The notes under the pieces were generated by a model that was not told where the DNA came from, did no database searches, and saw only the letters and a program-made list of their open reading frames with translations. DNA of 63,957 nucleotides, filler included, from Folioceros fuciformis (lineage: Eukaryota), in NCBI GenBank assembly GCA_049999805.1. It is 13 parts of 13 records of this genome, joined end to end, with 100 filler letters (N's around TTAATTAATTAA, not from the genome) between each part and the next. Parts side by side here need not be neighbours in the genome. Positions count along the whole stretch, not along the records: positions 11,493 to 33,295 come from JBNGIO010002336.1; 12 more parts are not named here. One strand, given 5' to 3'. Position numbers and translations under genes: made by a program. Of the stretch, positions 13,337-25,296 are shown piece by piece. How positions within the stretch are numbered: position 1 is the stretch's first letter; each line of letters begins with the position of its first letter.

Positions 13337-14244
13337 ATGGACCTCTCGAACTTGCTAGACTCTTCTATTTCCTCTTTTCAATGTACTGCACTGTCTTTTC
13401 AACCCCCTCTACTACTCGCAGTACAAGCTCCAGCACTTGTGGTTGTCACCAAACCAAAGGTCAATCTTGCAGCATGGACAATCGACAACACTTTTGCCTT
13501 GATCGCAGGTTTTGAAGACATCTACATGGAGTACCTTCAACGGGGAATTTGACAGCCCACCACTATGACAACATTGCCGTGCTAATTTCTCCTTTGTGTC
13601 AAGGTTTTTAGCCTATGCGAATTCAATGCATGAACAAGATGGACAGTTTAAAGCGGCAATATAAAGCGGAGGCGAAGAAGCTCACAACTGGGGTGTATGC
13701 CTCAGAATGGGTGTTTTGGGAGGCCATGGATGCGTTCATGAATGACAATCCTAAGGTAATTGGAATTCCAAACTCTCATGACCCTAGGCTTGTTGATTTG
13801 ATGACTTCAGATTACTCCTCCGACCAAGCTGCTGTTCCTCTTAGCTTTGTTGAAGACCCCTTTGTTTCTACGGCAAACCCTCCACTTGTAGCTATTGTTT
13901 CACCAAGCTTGCCAGCCTCTTCACCAACGGAAGAAGAATGTGATGAATCTTCTACAACAAAGGAAACCAAGTTGAAGGGTATAACAACTGAGAATGCCAA
14001 GATTGAAAAGTGTAGTTTCGATGAATCAGGGCCTGATAGAATAGCTAATAGTATTTCTAGGTTTGCTAAGAAGGTCTTTGCGAAGATTGAGATAGCAAAG
14101 TTAAAGAGCATGCAAGCTGTGGAGAAGAGTAGACTAGAACAGAGCTTAAAAATCTCGGAGCTGCAATGATGCACACAATTGAAGGTTGCAAAGCTGTTGG
14201 TACAACTTTCGAAAAGAGCAAGGAGCAGCTCCCCTTCAAACTAG
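13337..14244 (+). pseudogene. Myb/SANT (trihelix) DNA-binding ORF of a PIF/Harbinger transposon, frameshifted
   Basis: WTIDNTFALI...RG(N)LTAHHYDNIA...QCMNKMDSLKRQYK...SEWVFWEAMD plus a C-terminal coiled coil. 1-nt frameshift near 13549 and TAG at 13609. Confidence 0.85.
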
Positions 14245-14329
14245 CTGCAAGTGTTGTTCGTGTTATAAGAAATGCTCAAAATCTGTGAATGTGAATTTTT
14301 GACTCCAATCTTCATGAAAAAATAAATAC

Positions 14330-14800
14330 AAGTATTGCAGAGAAAGCTCGTTTCAAGCACTTCACAATGATGCATAGCGCGTTTCATTTGGACAAGTGTG
14401 CTGTTCGATACAAAGCCTGAAAGTAAAGAGATTGTTATTTGTGTTGTGTGAATGTATAGAAACTAGAAACCACCACATCTCACTTCAGTTGTGACAAAAC
14501 AAATGCAAGTGAGCACTTCAAAGAAAGATCGTTTCAAGAACTTTACAATGGTGCTTAGCACATTTCATTTTGACAAGTTTGCAGTTCGGAACGAAGCCTG
14601 AAAGGAACGGGATTGTTGTTTGTGTTTCATGAAAGCATAGAAACTACAAACCATCATATCTCACTTCGGTCATGACGAAAAAATGCAAGTAACCACTTCA
14701 AAGAAAGCTCGTTTCAAGTACTTTACAATGATGTATAGCACGTTTCATTTGGACAAGTGTACAATTAGGAATGTAGCCTGAAAGCAACCGGAAGTAACCT
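14330..14800. repeat. ~180-bp tandem repeat, about 2.5 copies
   Basis: AGAAAG(C/A)TCGTTTCAAG recurs at 14341, 14522 and 14702 (periods 181 and 180). Confidence 0.9.
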
Positions 14801-14849
14801 GAAAATAACAAAGCTAAACAATATGCACATTACATTTGTATGCTGCAAA

Positions 14850-15185
14850 GGACTTATGCACACCCATTCGACCGAGCATTTCTCCAATGTTTAACTAAGG
14901 TAGCATGCTGCACTTCTGCCTGACTCTTCAAGGCCTCTTCTTAAGCTTAGTGAGATGTTCAATGGATATGGGAGCTTATGCTCATCCACGTATCGACTAT
15001 CAAGATCCATCTTCCCAACAATTATGCAAAAGTTATGAAGCACACAACAGAGTGCTATTGTACTTGCAGCATTTCAATATAGATATTGAGGTTTTTCAAA
15101 ACTCTGCACCGGCCCTTTAACGTTGAGAATGCATTCTCTATGACCACACGACTAGATGAGAACCAAAAGTTAAAGGACCGTTACC
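14850..15185 (-). mobile_element. PIF/Harbinger DDE nuclease C-terminal fragment, convergent with the Myb ORF at 13337
   Basis: RSFNFWFSSSRVVIENAFSTLKGRCRVL...IALCCVLHNFC matches the Harbinger/HARBI1 pattern FN..S.R..VE.AFG.LK.R..L..C.LHN. Confidence 0.85.
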
Positions 15186-15720
15186 CTAAACCCTCGAAAC
15201 ACTAGGTCGTGTAGGTCTTGTAGCCTCAACCGTCAAACTCCCTGGTGCAGCCATGACCAATAATATGAAAGAACTCATTACATTTCTCGATAAAATATCA
15301 TCACTATATATGCTAGGACATTGTCTGAGAAAATCATCTTGTGAATATCTCGATAGAAAGGCTAAGACCAAAAAAACCCCTAGTTTCATCCATAGCCCAA
15401 AACTCAGGAAACCAAAGGAGCGACAACTTGAGAAAGAAGATGAGCATCTTGTGAACCAAAGTTCTAAGGGCTGGCTTCCATGAGGGCCGCTATTTATGGC
15501 GGCTTTTTCAACTTGCAGTTGGACCGGAACGGTATTGCCACTTTCCATGGCTTCGCTATATGCATTCCTTCTGTAAATAATAAAGGACCTCACCGCCTAC
15601 TCATCACTTGCAAGTGACTAGCTACTCAGCACTGATGCGAGTCTGGCTTTTGTCCCAAGCTCTGCACTAATGCAAGTCACTTGAGTGCAACTGCTTATTC
15701 TTCACTTTGAGCGTCTGCCG

Positions 15721-16380
15721 ATGGAAGCCCGTGATGCAAAACAGTGCACGGCCACTTAGGTTATTGATTCGAATAAAAATCTCGTTGTGCGTTCAGGTCT
15801 TGCTTCAGCAATTGCATTGCCTATTGCAATAAATTATCTTCACCTTTAACCTAAAGTGCTTCCTTCATGCAGGCAAGCAGGGCAACTGAATACTAAAGAA
15901 GGTGCACATACCACAATTTCTTCCATTAAGTTCCTTCTTCCTTCCACTCACATTTCAATTCTTTCACGCAAGCAACGTACTCCTAGACCAATATATTAAG
16001 GACAGGAGTTTGGCTTGGTGGTCCCTTTTTAAGAAAGCAACATGGACAACTGATCCTCAGCGTTTCAGAGAGTTTTTTAGAATGACACCTGCCACATTTG
16101 AGTATAAGTGTACCTTGGTGGCTGTGGATCTAACTAGGAAGATACCATTAGGTCTACGATGGATTCCAAACAGGCAACTATTGGTTGACATCTAAGTGGC
16201 TGTAGCAACCAGAAGACTTGCCACAGAATACTCTCAAGTCCATTGGGGAACTCATTGGTGTAGCTGCTGAATCTATAGCTTGTGTGGCCATTCATAAGAG
16301 CCATGATCAGAAGAGGGAAACACCACATTGCTTAGCTATAAGGAGAAGCTCTAGCTACTTGCAAGGCAAAACTTGAAAGG
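15721..16380 (+). mobile_element. Second PIF/Harbinger nuclease, N-terminal HTH part only
   Basis: WWSLFK...QRFREFFRMTPATFEY...VAVATRRLAT matches the FRM..TF..I / VA.ALRRLATG pattern. Confidence 0.8.
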
Positions 16381-16905
16381 CATCAAGGAATTTAAACCAC
16401 AATTCAATTGTTGTAAACAAGCTATGCTCAAAGCTAGGGGGCAATTTGTGAGCTTTCTTGTCTTCCACACTTATCTGCCAGTATGTATCTTGTCCACTTA
16501 ACAGATGCCGGCAATGGTCATTGATTTTTTCCAATCCTATGCAAGATTGTCCCACTTACTTTTCGCTTGACCAGCAATACACACCATACCGTTCATGTAG
16601 CAGTAGCGTGCCACTTCCTCCCATCGTTTAGTACCCTTCCTGTTCTTTTCCCTGTTGCCTCCCATCACTTTGGATTCATGATTAATCTTCTTAGCTGTCT
16701 CCAAAATGTGAAGCTCCTACAATGTCCACACTTTCCTTGGTGCCTTAAATCCTTGATGTGTGGACGGGCCTTGGCTCATGACTATTGTTGTGGGTATATC
16801 AATTTGTGAGGTGACAGACCTGGCCGGAGACGTGAAAGGCAAGATCAAAGCCAAAGGCAATGCAAAACTTATGGGAAAATTGGGGAGCAAAGAACTCGAA
16901 GGCAC
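16380..16905 (-). pseudogene. Trihelix (SH4/ASR3-like) Myb ORF relic, probably the partner of the Harbinger nuclease at 15721
   Basis: KVWTL*EL...RWEEVARYC...KSKWDNLA*DWKKINDH...TYWQISVEDKKAHKLPPSF, with stops and frameshifts. Confidence 0.72.
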
Positions 16906-17602
16906 CGTACTTCATGTCAAGCTGCATCTTTGAGATGGCTGCCCCAAGCCTTTAGCCATCACCATTGCTTCAGCTCATACCCTTGCTTTCCCTTCTTGCC
17001 CAAAGGGCTGCCTTCCAAATTGAGTGTACACTTGCCTCCCGCCCTTTTCCAGCACCCATGTCCTTGCAATTGCCCGGGTTGTAAGCCCGCGCTCGGGAGA
17101 CCGGGAAAAAACCGTAACGGGCCATCGTGGATTCCGGTACCCGGTTCAAGTTGCCATAAAACTCGGTAGACCCACTGGCTCCGATCATCGTAGGAGTTTG
17201 TTAAAACTTTCCCAAACCCGCTTTGTTTTTGTCATAATATATATATATAATAAAAATAAAGTTGATGAAAATTTGCCCATGGAAACCAGCCCTAAGTAAC
17301 CCAAAATGCCAGGCAGCCCGGGACAATCACGGGCTTGTATGGATTCACCTTTTGGTGGGTCCAAAAGCCCCGAGTCAAAATCGCCGACATGGTCCGTCCG
17401 TCGCCCGCTATACACGCGCTTGCGGTCGAACCGAGGGCCTTTTCAGTGTAAACAGTACTTCAGTTTACGTCCGCCCTGGGACGAACTCATGTGACCAAGG
17501 TGCAGTATGTATTTACAGTCCACAGTGTGTATGTACATACTGCGTGTATATACACATGGCTGTGTGCAAAGGAACAGCCGGATTTCGGGAAGCACGGGGC
17601 CT

Positions 17603-19921
17603 TCAGAAAGAATCCCCCCTGAAAAATGGAGGGGTATAAAAAGCGCTAGGGAAAGTCCCGGCACTGTTGGGGAAGAGAGTGAGGATGCACAAGACAGCGA
17701 GCAGCCCGCCCCACACGTACCGCCCCTGCTCCACTGAACTGATTTCGTCCTGGGCGGGCAGCTCCTCCCCGCCGCGGAAGAAGGTGGCCACAAAACCCCA
17801 CACCAGGCACAGCACGCTGCCTGTCAGCCCTCCCACGCCCAGCGCCAACGAGCTCCACAACGACAGCACACCCGCCATCTTCCTGCCCAGCAACGATTGC
17901 GCGATGCGACCACCCTCCAGCCGCCCGATGGGCAGTAGGTTCAGCGACGTCACCACCATGCCTGCACCACCACCACCAGCACAGCAAACCCCATACTGTA
18001 TGTCCATCCGAAGGCACAGACGAGCTGCTCAACATCAAGTTCTACGCACCCAGAAGACCGGCGAAGGCCAGGGGGTCCACTGGCACTCCGACTCCCGGCA
18101 CAGCTTGGGGAAGCACGTTGCCCAGCTCGTCGCTGTACGGCCCGGTCACGTATTGGACGAATGACAACAGAGGGTTGTTGATGAAAAACTGGGGTCGGAT
18201 GTATCTGCATTGTCGCCAAGCCACCCACCACAAATGAATCCACTCACCCGTCGCAATGGTCACGTTCTAGCAGTTTACTGTAACGGGTCCAAGCTTGGAC
18301 AGCCAGCACAATCCTTACAGAGCGTTGTCCCCGCCATTGAAGCTCCCATCCAGGTAGAAGGCAATGCCTGCTAGCACAAACGACGTCAGATATGCGCTGG
18401 TGGCTCGGGCAGCTGCGATGTCGAACAAGGCCTGTCTGTTGGGCAGCAGGGACTCCAAGTTGTTCACAACACCCAGACACCCCGTCCAGTTGGAGGGTAT
18501 GAGGAAGGAGGGGCTCAGTTGCACTCCGTATTTGGCAGCAGTCAACCTGGTGGCAATCTGCACATCGCATTTCCACGCTGCTCGTCACACGCTACTTCTC
18601 TTCTCCTACAACTCAGCACCCTGTCACGTCAACCTCAAGCTAGTGCACAACATGATACTCTCACCCACCTCGGATGCCCCGCCGATGGCCACAAAGCCAC
18701 CCAAGAGTGGCAAAACCCGTGCCACATAGTCGTCGAATGTAGCATTGGGTTCAAGGAAAAGTCCAGACATGATTGCAATGCTCCCTGCTGTTGTAACCCC
18801 CAAAGCAAGTGCACTAACATAACCATACAGGTTGCTAAGTCTGTTGGCCTCTAGCTGCAAATCAATCTCCTCCTTTGGCTGCACTACGCATACCTGCAGC
18901 ATACCAGGTCAAAGAGCAGGACTGTGAGTTGGTGACCCGCATGCGCAGCTGCAGCCAGTCACCCAACAAGGTCCAAGTTAGAGTGGTACCTGCTTCTGCT
19001 CGCCGTCATTCAGAGTCTGCTCCATGAACCAGATGTCCACCTCACGTCCTGCTGCTTCGTTCAGTCTTTGCTCCAACTTAGGCTTCACTTCTTCAATCGG
19101 CCTCCTCAGGTTGCCGATGAAGATCGCTCCATCACCCATCCGTCGCACATCTGTGGCGTAGAACGTGTCAAACCCGAAGCAGCCCTTGAGCTGTTGCAAC
19201 GTCCAACAGACTGAGTCTGAATCAATGCCAAATGCATGGCATAAAGAAAGGATATCAGGCATGCACACACACCCCGAGCACGTACCTTGTTCAAGTCCAA
19301 GGCTTTGAACTTGTCCCCAACCTTGTCCAACCTTTCCTTCTCCTTCTGCACCGCATTCAGGACAAGCGAGCGGAAAATTTTTTGGAAAACATTTCCACTC
19401 TCTTGCCTACTAAGCTGCAGCAGCCTGATCTTCTCCTCCGTTCTCTTTTTCTCCAGCTTCAGAGCGGTCTCGATGCTCGGGTTGCTCATGAATCGCCTGA
19501 AGTCCTCGTCCTTCTTCCAGTCCACTTCCTGCTTCTTCTCAGTGTCCAGTCGAGCATCACTGATGCCTTCAACTTTCTGCGCTGGCTCACGTTTGTTGCC
19601 ATCCTCCACGGCTGATGCATTGCCGGTGCCGTCGTCGCCGTTGGACTTGCGGGAATCGGTGTCAGCATCGTGTTTGAAGTCGGCCCTGGGCCTCAAACTG
19701 GGTTTCCGCCGGAATTGCAAAGCCGGTCCCGCTCCGTGCCTCACCAGCCTTACGCCCCACACCTGCAGGCGGCACCAGTGAATTGTAGCGCCAGTGGCAA
19801 CCGCCGTGTGCAGTGTGCAGTGCGGGGTATTCCAAACCTGAGATCGCGGCCCGCAAGACGCCTTCACAAGCCCAGATGCTGTAGTCCGGCCCACCGGTAG
19901 CTCCAGCATGACCGCGGCCAT
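17603..19921 (-). CDS. EGY3: Chloroplast thylakoid M50-family pseudoprotease EGY3
   Basis: Six phase-consistent GT-AG exons: 19921-19286, 19190-18990, 18893-18669, 18557-18319, 18204-18050 and 17961-17603. Transit-peptide-like N-terminus. Characteristic segments DEDFRRFMSNPSIETALKLEKKR, CFGFDTFYATDVRR, SPSFLIPSNWTGCLGV, GPYSDELGNVLP, SLNLLPIGRLEGGRIAQ and FFRGGEELPAQDEI. Confidence 0.93.
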
Positions 19922-20160
19922 GTTGCAGCCGTGCTTTCTCACCCTGGGCCAATTGCTACGGCAGCCAAGGCCATGTTTCTATCAAAGCTTGCTCGAGCGA
20001 GGACGTGTCCTGCGTGCCGTTGTGCACATGTCCTGAAAGGATCGGATGCATTGCTGCTGACACAAACCTCATGGACGCGGCGTGTGCCAGCCCGTAGTGA
20101 GTTGCTTATAGATTGTTTCGAGAAGCGAAGTCAGAAAACGTAGAACTGCCACTAGGACTA

Positions 20161-20232
20161 GGAATGTTGGGAAAATCGAACCCTCAACTTCTCTCAATGA
20201 AAGCGAGAATTACACCACTACACTAATCAAAA
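20161..20232 (-). pseudogene. tRNA-derived relic (tRNA-Pro-like pseudogene or SINE head)
   Basis: Minus strand reads TTAGTGTAGTGGTGTAATTCTCGCTTTCATTGAGAGAAGTTGAGGGTTCGATT, with A box and B box, collinear with recalled plant tRNA-Pro (TTGGTCTAGTGGTATGATTCTCGCTTnGGGTGCGAGAGGT..GTTC). The acceptor stem does not pair. Confidence 0.6.
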
Positions 20233-21405
20233 GTCTCTCACACCTCTAATATTTGAGGAGCAGAAATCATTGCAAACCCTGAAGATTCTTATGGTTTTAT
20301 CTATTTTTCAATGGTTTTTATTCCTTACTTCTTACTTTAATTATATTACATTTTAATTTGTGCTTCGTTTCCATGGGACTACTTTCGAGCATACTTTTGA
20401 AAAGGTACTTTGGAGAGAGCTACATGTAAGTAGCTAGAATCATGACACCATGGTATAAATCGAGTACCAAGTTGCTCATAAACATAAACGTGGTTCTTTT
20501 TTCCCTCTTCCTCTTGCTAATGTACCCTTGGGAATGGTGGGGCTTGTTTTTCCTAGCTTTGTGCTCTAAGAGTTATTCATAATATTACAATCTCCTCCAA
20601 AAAAGGAAGCTAAGGAAGACATCCAAGTTTGAAATTTGCGTAGGGACTACAATAAACAAAGGGATAAAGAACGGAGAGGGAGCTTGGATCTTGGGTTCAA
20701 GTTTTAGAGAACCGGCAAATTAAGCGAGCACAGAGCAAAGATGACCTTCATAGTTTACACCATGGGTGCATTTGCAAAAACCCATGTTTCTAGTCTCTTG
20801 CAATTGAATTAGGCTTGTAGATTCAACCGGTTCTTGTAGTCTTCTAAATTGAATTTGGCTTGCAGATTCAACTTTCTTTTTCCAAGCCCAAGTGTCTTTG
20901 CAAGAATCCATATCGTTTCTGTCCATAAGGATTCAAGGTTTAGAGTCCATAGAGTCATTTAAGCTCATCCCAACTAGAATAGAATGTTGTCCGTCATGGC
21001 CCAACTACAATCCCTGTCTATGTCAAACTCATACTCATACAATATTCGGTCCCTTTATAGAATGAGGGTTGGAACTACACTACAACATTTTTTGTGACCA
21101 TTTTGCTATGTAATTGCACAGAGAGGTGTCCTTGTTTCCTCTCTAATTGCAAGTTAAATAGTAAAATGTGCAAGTTGGTACAATGCCGTCGTGATCGTCG
21201 GCCCCCTCGGGAGAGCATGACGGTCGAAAGTATTACGACGTCGCAAACGATCCGTTTTATTTTGTTTTGTGTTTTTCCCCCCTAAGTCTCTCATTCAGAC
21301 AACGGAGATGAAGAAACGCGCAAGATGACATCTGAGGGTGTGTTTTGTCTACTCCATCCTTCCCGCCACTTGAGTTTCTGAATTGAAGTCTCGCCGTCCT
21401 CAGCG

Positions 21406-24400
21406 ATGGACGAGCAATGCACAGACGCCCATAGACTGTATAGCTGCTACAGGCTTGGCCAGACCCTGCAAACGCCGTCTCCTCGTAACCCATTTTTCCT
21501 GTCCCTGCTTTTCCCTCTTTCTGCGATTCTTGTCCTGTTCTTCTGGAATTGGCGGCTCATCTGGATCAGCGTAGTCCATTGCAGACATTGGGAAAAAGGT
21601 CCGCAAGCATGCATCATCTCCAGGAAGGCAGGGTCAACCTGCATCGCTTCACTCCCAGTCGCCCGTCACGTCTCCACAGACTCCTCAGCAATCTGAGGCC
21701 AACGAATCGGCTGTTCAGGTCTCTGATACTCCGTTTTGGATGCGCACCTCTTCTGTTGTGTGGATGGGGAAGCTTGGTGCATTTGCTGAGGCTGCCACGG
21801 TGAACGCAGACTGTGCCTGGAGCCGCGAACAACTTCAAACAAGAGCTGTCACCGGGTGTTTTCTACGGGTCTCCCGTGGGGAAAGCCGCCAAAACCCCAC
21901 TTAAGCTGCAGCGATTGCTCAACCAAATCAAACACCAGCCGGTGGCAGTGCAACAGGACCAGGAGCGTCAGTGAGTTTCCATCACTCCTCTCTGTCCCCA
22001 GCTGTACGTCGAGTCGAATGTGTCGTAAGGCATCTCCTGGCGGTGCAGGTCTCCCTCTGTAATATGGTCAACTTTCTCGCGGCAAGATCAGGCCATGCAA
22101 TTTGCCAGCAGCCACAACACCACCAAGGTTTTTGTCTTTGTATTCCAAGATCACATCTCTGGACAGCGAAGGTTTCTGGCTACGACAATCCAAGAGTTTT
22201 GGCAACGGTACGCGTACTGCTCACAGGCTTGGTAACAGCTGGCCGAAATCCATTGAGCTGTTTGAACTTCATGTTTCGTCTCCTGACGTCGTTTGTTGGA
22301 ATAGCAGCTATGAGAAGATGCAACCTGCTCTTCGCCACCACTACGAGCTACTTCGAGAGGTCGTCCTCATACCTCGATCCTCTTGATTTCCAGTGGCTCC
22401 AGAAATTAAATGTGCCGAGTTCTGGTGTGCTCTGCAGGGTTCGCCGTGTCACCTGTATTTTGATTTGGAGTTTAATCGCGGAGCCAATTCAGGGGCGAAT
22501 GGTGAAAGCATGGTTGATCTGTTGCTATCAGTAGTTGCTAACGTCCTATACGATGTCTATTCTCTGAGATATGAGCCTAGCTGGACAGTTGAGCTTGATT
22601 CATCTACAGAAGGTGCTGCTTCAGCTGTTGCTAGAAAGTCTGCAGTTCGTCTAAATTTTATTTCGGTGCTGTGGATTTGGAGATACCAGCCCAGTCTAAG
22701 ATTCTGTATGTACTCTACCAATATTGTCAGAGAAATTCTCCAGACATTTGATCATACGTGCTCCGAAGGTTGCCTTCAAGGACAACTCTCATGCAGGGGC
22801 TTTCGTTGCAGAGGTGAGTGCCTCTGGTGAGGGTTTTTTTCAAATAGATCAGGCGTTTTCTTCTGCCTTGCAGGTTGTCTTCACGGTGCAGTGCTAATCC
22901 TGCAGCCAGCAGGTGTGCTCAAGGATTCAACGGCGCCGGGACACTACGAATCTGTATGAGAGTCTCTTTGTTCTCAAAGGAGACACTCGTGCCGACCATC
23001 ATACTGAGATATTTGTGGACAAAGCTGTGTACTCTCGCAATCGCAGCTTTCGCTTGCCCTTCTCATCCAAAGCTGGTAAAACAGTTGTTCTTGAATCAAC
23101 TGGTCGATTCCGATGTGCTGGGATGGTGAGTGCAGAAAGTATATCTTAGGGTTGCATCACGAGTTTAGCATGCAAGCTCAATGACCTCTGACAAAAAGTT
23201 TGGCCTGTGAGGCAGAATAGACGAGATGTGTTCATGGACTCCCTAATTTGTCGAGTAGATGAGGACTGCCAACGGGTTCTGACCTTTGGACTTGAGGTTA
23301 GTACTCAATTCTGCAGCCAATGCTCACCCGGATCTGCTAATAGGTGTGCATCTCCTTAGATGGGCACGCCTCCTCATCATTTGTGTGGACAACCAAGGTG
23401 GCAGGTCGTGGGGGCACTATGGATTTTGCCTCCCACAAGATGCAAGCGGTTTCTCGTAACCCAAAGAGTGGAGCTTTTCACATTTCAGGGAACTCCCCGT
23501 TTCCAGGATTGGATAAGTTCATCGAAGGTGTTGCCACGGTGGAGATGATCCCAGGTATTGCCTGTGTGACTGAGTCTTAAGGTGATTTTTGTGCTGCTGT
23601 GGCTTTGACCACTGTCTTGGTCCAGTGTTTCACTAGTCCAGATTTTGATCATGGGCTGTTGGAGTAACGCTGTTATCACGGGAAATGATGGACAGGAATG
23701 ATTAGAAGCTGGTACTGGTTCTCAGATTACGGAGTCATTGTGTACAACATCTCGGGTAATCGGTTTTGTGAGAATATTGGACGGCAGCACAAGAGTAACA
23801 ATGGTACTTCCTTACAGGTCCGAGCATTGAAGTCTTTGGTATTGAAGTATATGGCTGAACAGAGCTGTGATTTGATGCAGTGATGTACATTGTCGACTTC
23901 CGTGTACCAGGCTACTACCAAAAGTGCCACGATCCTGACTGCCGAGGTACACATCTCGCCTCAGTTCATCCCTTGATGCAGCGTAGAGGAATATGTTATC
24001 TCACAACGACATTTGTCGACCTACCCAGACTTTCGTTCTCAGATCAGGCAGATACCTATGGATTTCATTCCCCAACAATATCAGCGTTCCACTTTCTCCA
24101 CGTGCTGTGCACGTACAGCAAAGGCGGACTCTGTTTCGAATGGTAGAGACTTTGCCCAGTTAGAAAGTGCTCATCAAATTGAAAGCTATGTGAAAGATGC
24201 GGTGGATGATGATGAGCTTTGGTGGAATGACGTAATCTCATCCATGGCGTCCATCGAGTGTGATACGCAACCAGCCAGTGAGCAGGTTCAGCTGGTAAGC
24301 AAGTGCGCCCTGGTCTATCATAGTGGAGTTCAACAAAATTCTAGCCAGCGTGTGTGAGGAATTTTATCTTGTGTGTGAAAGGAGGAAAATTCTTATGATG

Positions 24401-24477
24401 AAAGCTGGTGGTCGGAGGTGGCACTACTGGCCGAGGAACTAGAAGCGAAGCACGTTCGGCGGGCTCGAAGCTTCTAA
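21406..24477 (+). CDS. PRIMPOL: DNA-directed primase/polymerase (AEP family, CCDC111/PrimPol), about 13-14 exons
   Basis: Spliced motifs SPGVFYGSP, FVYSKITSLDSEG-adjacent exon, RHHYELLRE|GSPCHLYFDLEF (motif I DxE), KFSRHLII (motif II SxH), FVDKAVYSRNRSFRL (motif III) and UL52 Zn finger IRSWYWF...RFCENIGRQHKSNN...YYQKCHDPDCR. Stop TAA at 24475-24477. Some internal exon borders are approximate. Confidence 0.92.
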
Positions 24478-25296
24478 GTCTGTGGAAACGTGTAGGTAAC
24501 TACAGATGTACTTACATCCGGTACGTACATTTTCATTCTGTCACATGCTTGGCCCTCGGACCGTGTGTCTGGACAGGCTTGAGCAGAGTGCCCCTGCTGT
24601 GCCCCTACCCTTCTCTCGTGTACTGGAAGAACTAAAATGTGGCATAGAGTGAGGCTTTACATACAGTCAAGGTTTTACAAGCACGATGTGTTGCGGGTTA
24701 CACCAGAGCTGACTGCGTTGCTAATTAGTTTCCAGTTGTGGGCAGCGGGGCATTCTACTACCCTTGCAAGTTCCCAAAACGATCTCAGATTCCGCTCGCG
24801 ACCAACAGTCCACCTCACCTACTTGGACGTAGGAGGCCTCAAGATCCAGACTACCTTGCTTGGGTGGCAGCCCTATTCACCAGAACCAAACCGTCCATAT
24901 GGATGGCTTACATCCTGAGGCATCGGATTAATCAGGCGGCCTTTGCACATACTGTATTTAAAACAACAGGTACAGAACAACACTGACCTTGGATCCACAG
25001 ACAGGATAACATCTAATTCCAGGAGAAGCCATGTCTTTCCCTCCTTCTGTAGTGAATGGTTAACCTCCATCCAGGGTTAGGATCCATGGTCATTGCAGGT
25101 TTGCATTCATCTGTTCGCAGGGAGTGAGAACGGCACCCTGGAAACCTCAGAGCTTCAGCACCATACAAGGCTACATTCCGCAAAACCCCTTCCGATTGGA
25201 CCCCGTATGATCCATATTCAGGCACGATGCAGGCGGACGCTCAGGCTCAGCGCAGGAGGATTTATCGCCTAGGGCACAATGGCCCGGACGACCATA

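Noticed and set aside
21406..24477. PrimPol as a viral, plasmid or defence-type primase-polymerase
   Set aside because: It is a multi-intron canonical eukaryotic PrimPol with a UL52-type Zn finger in a host gene cluster.
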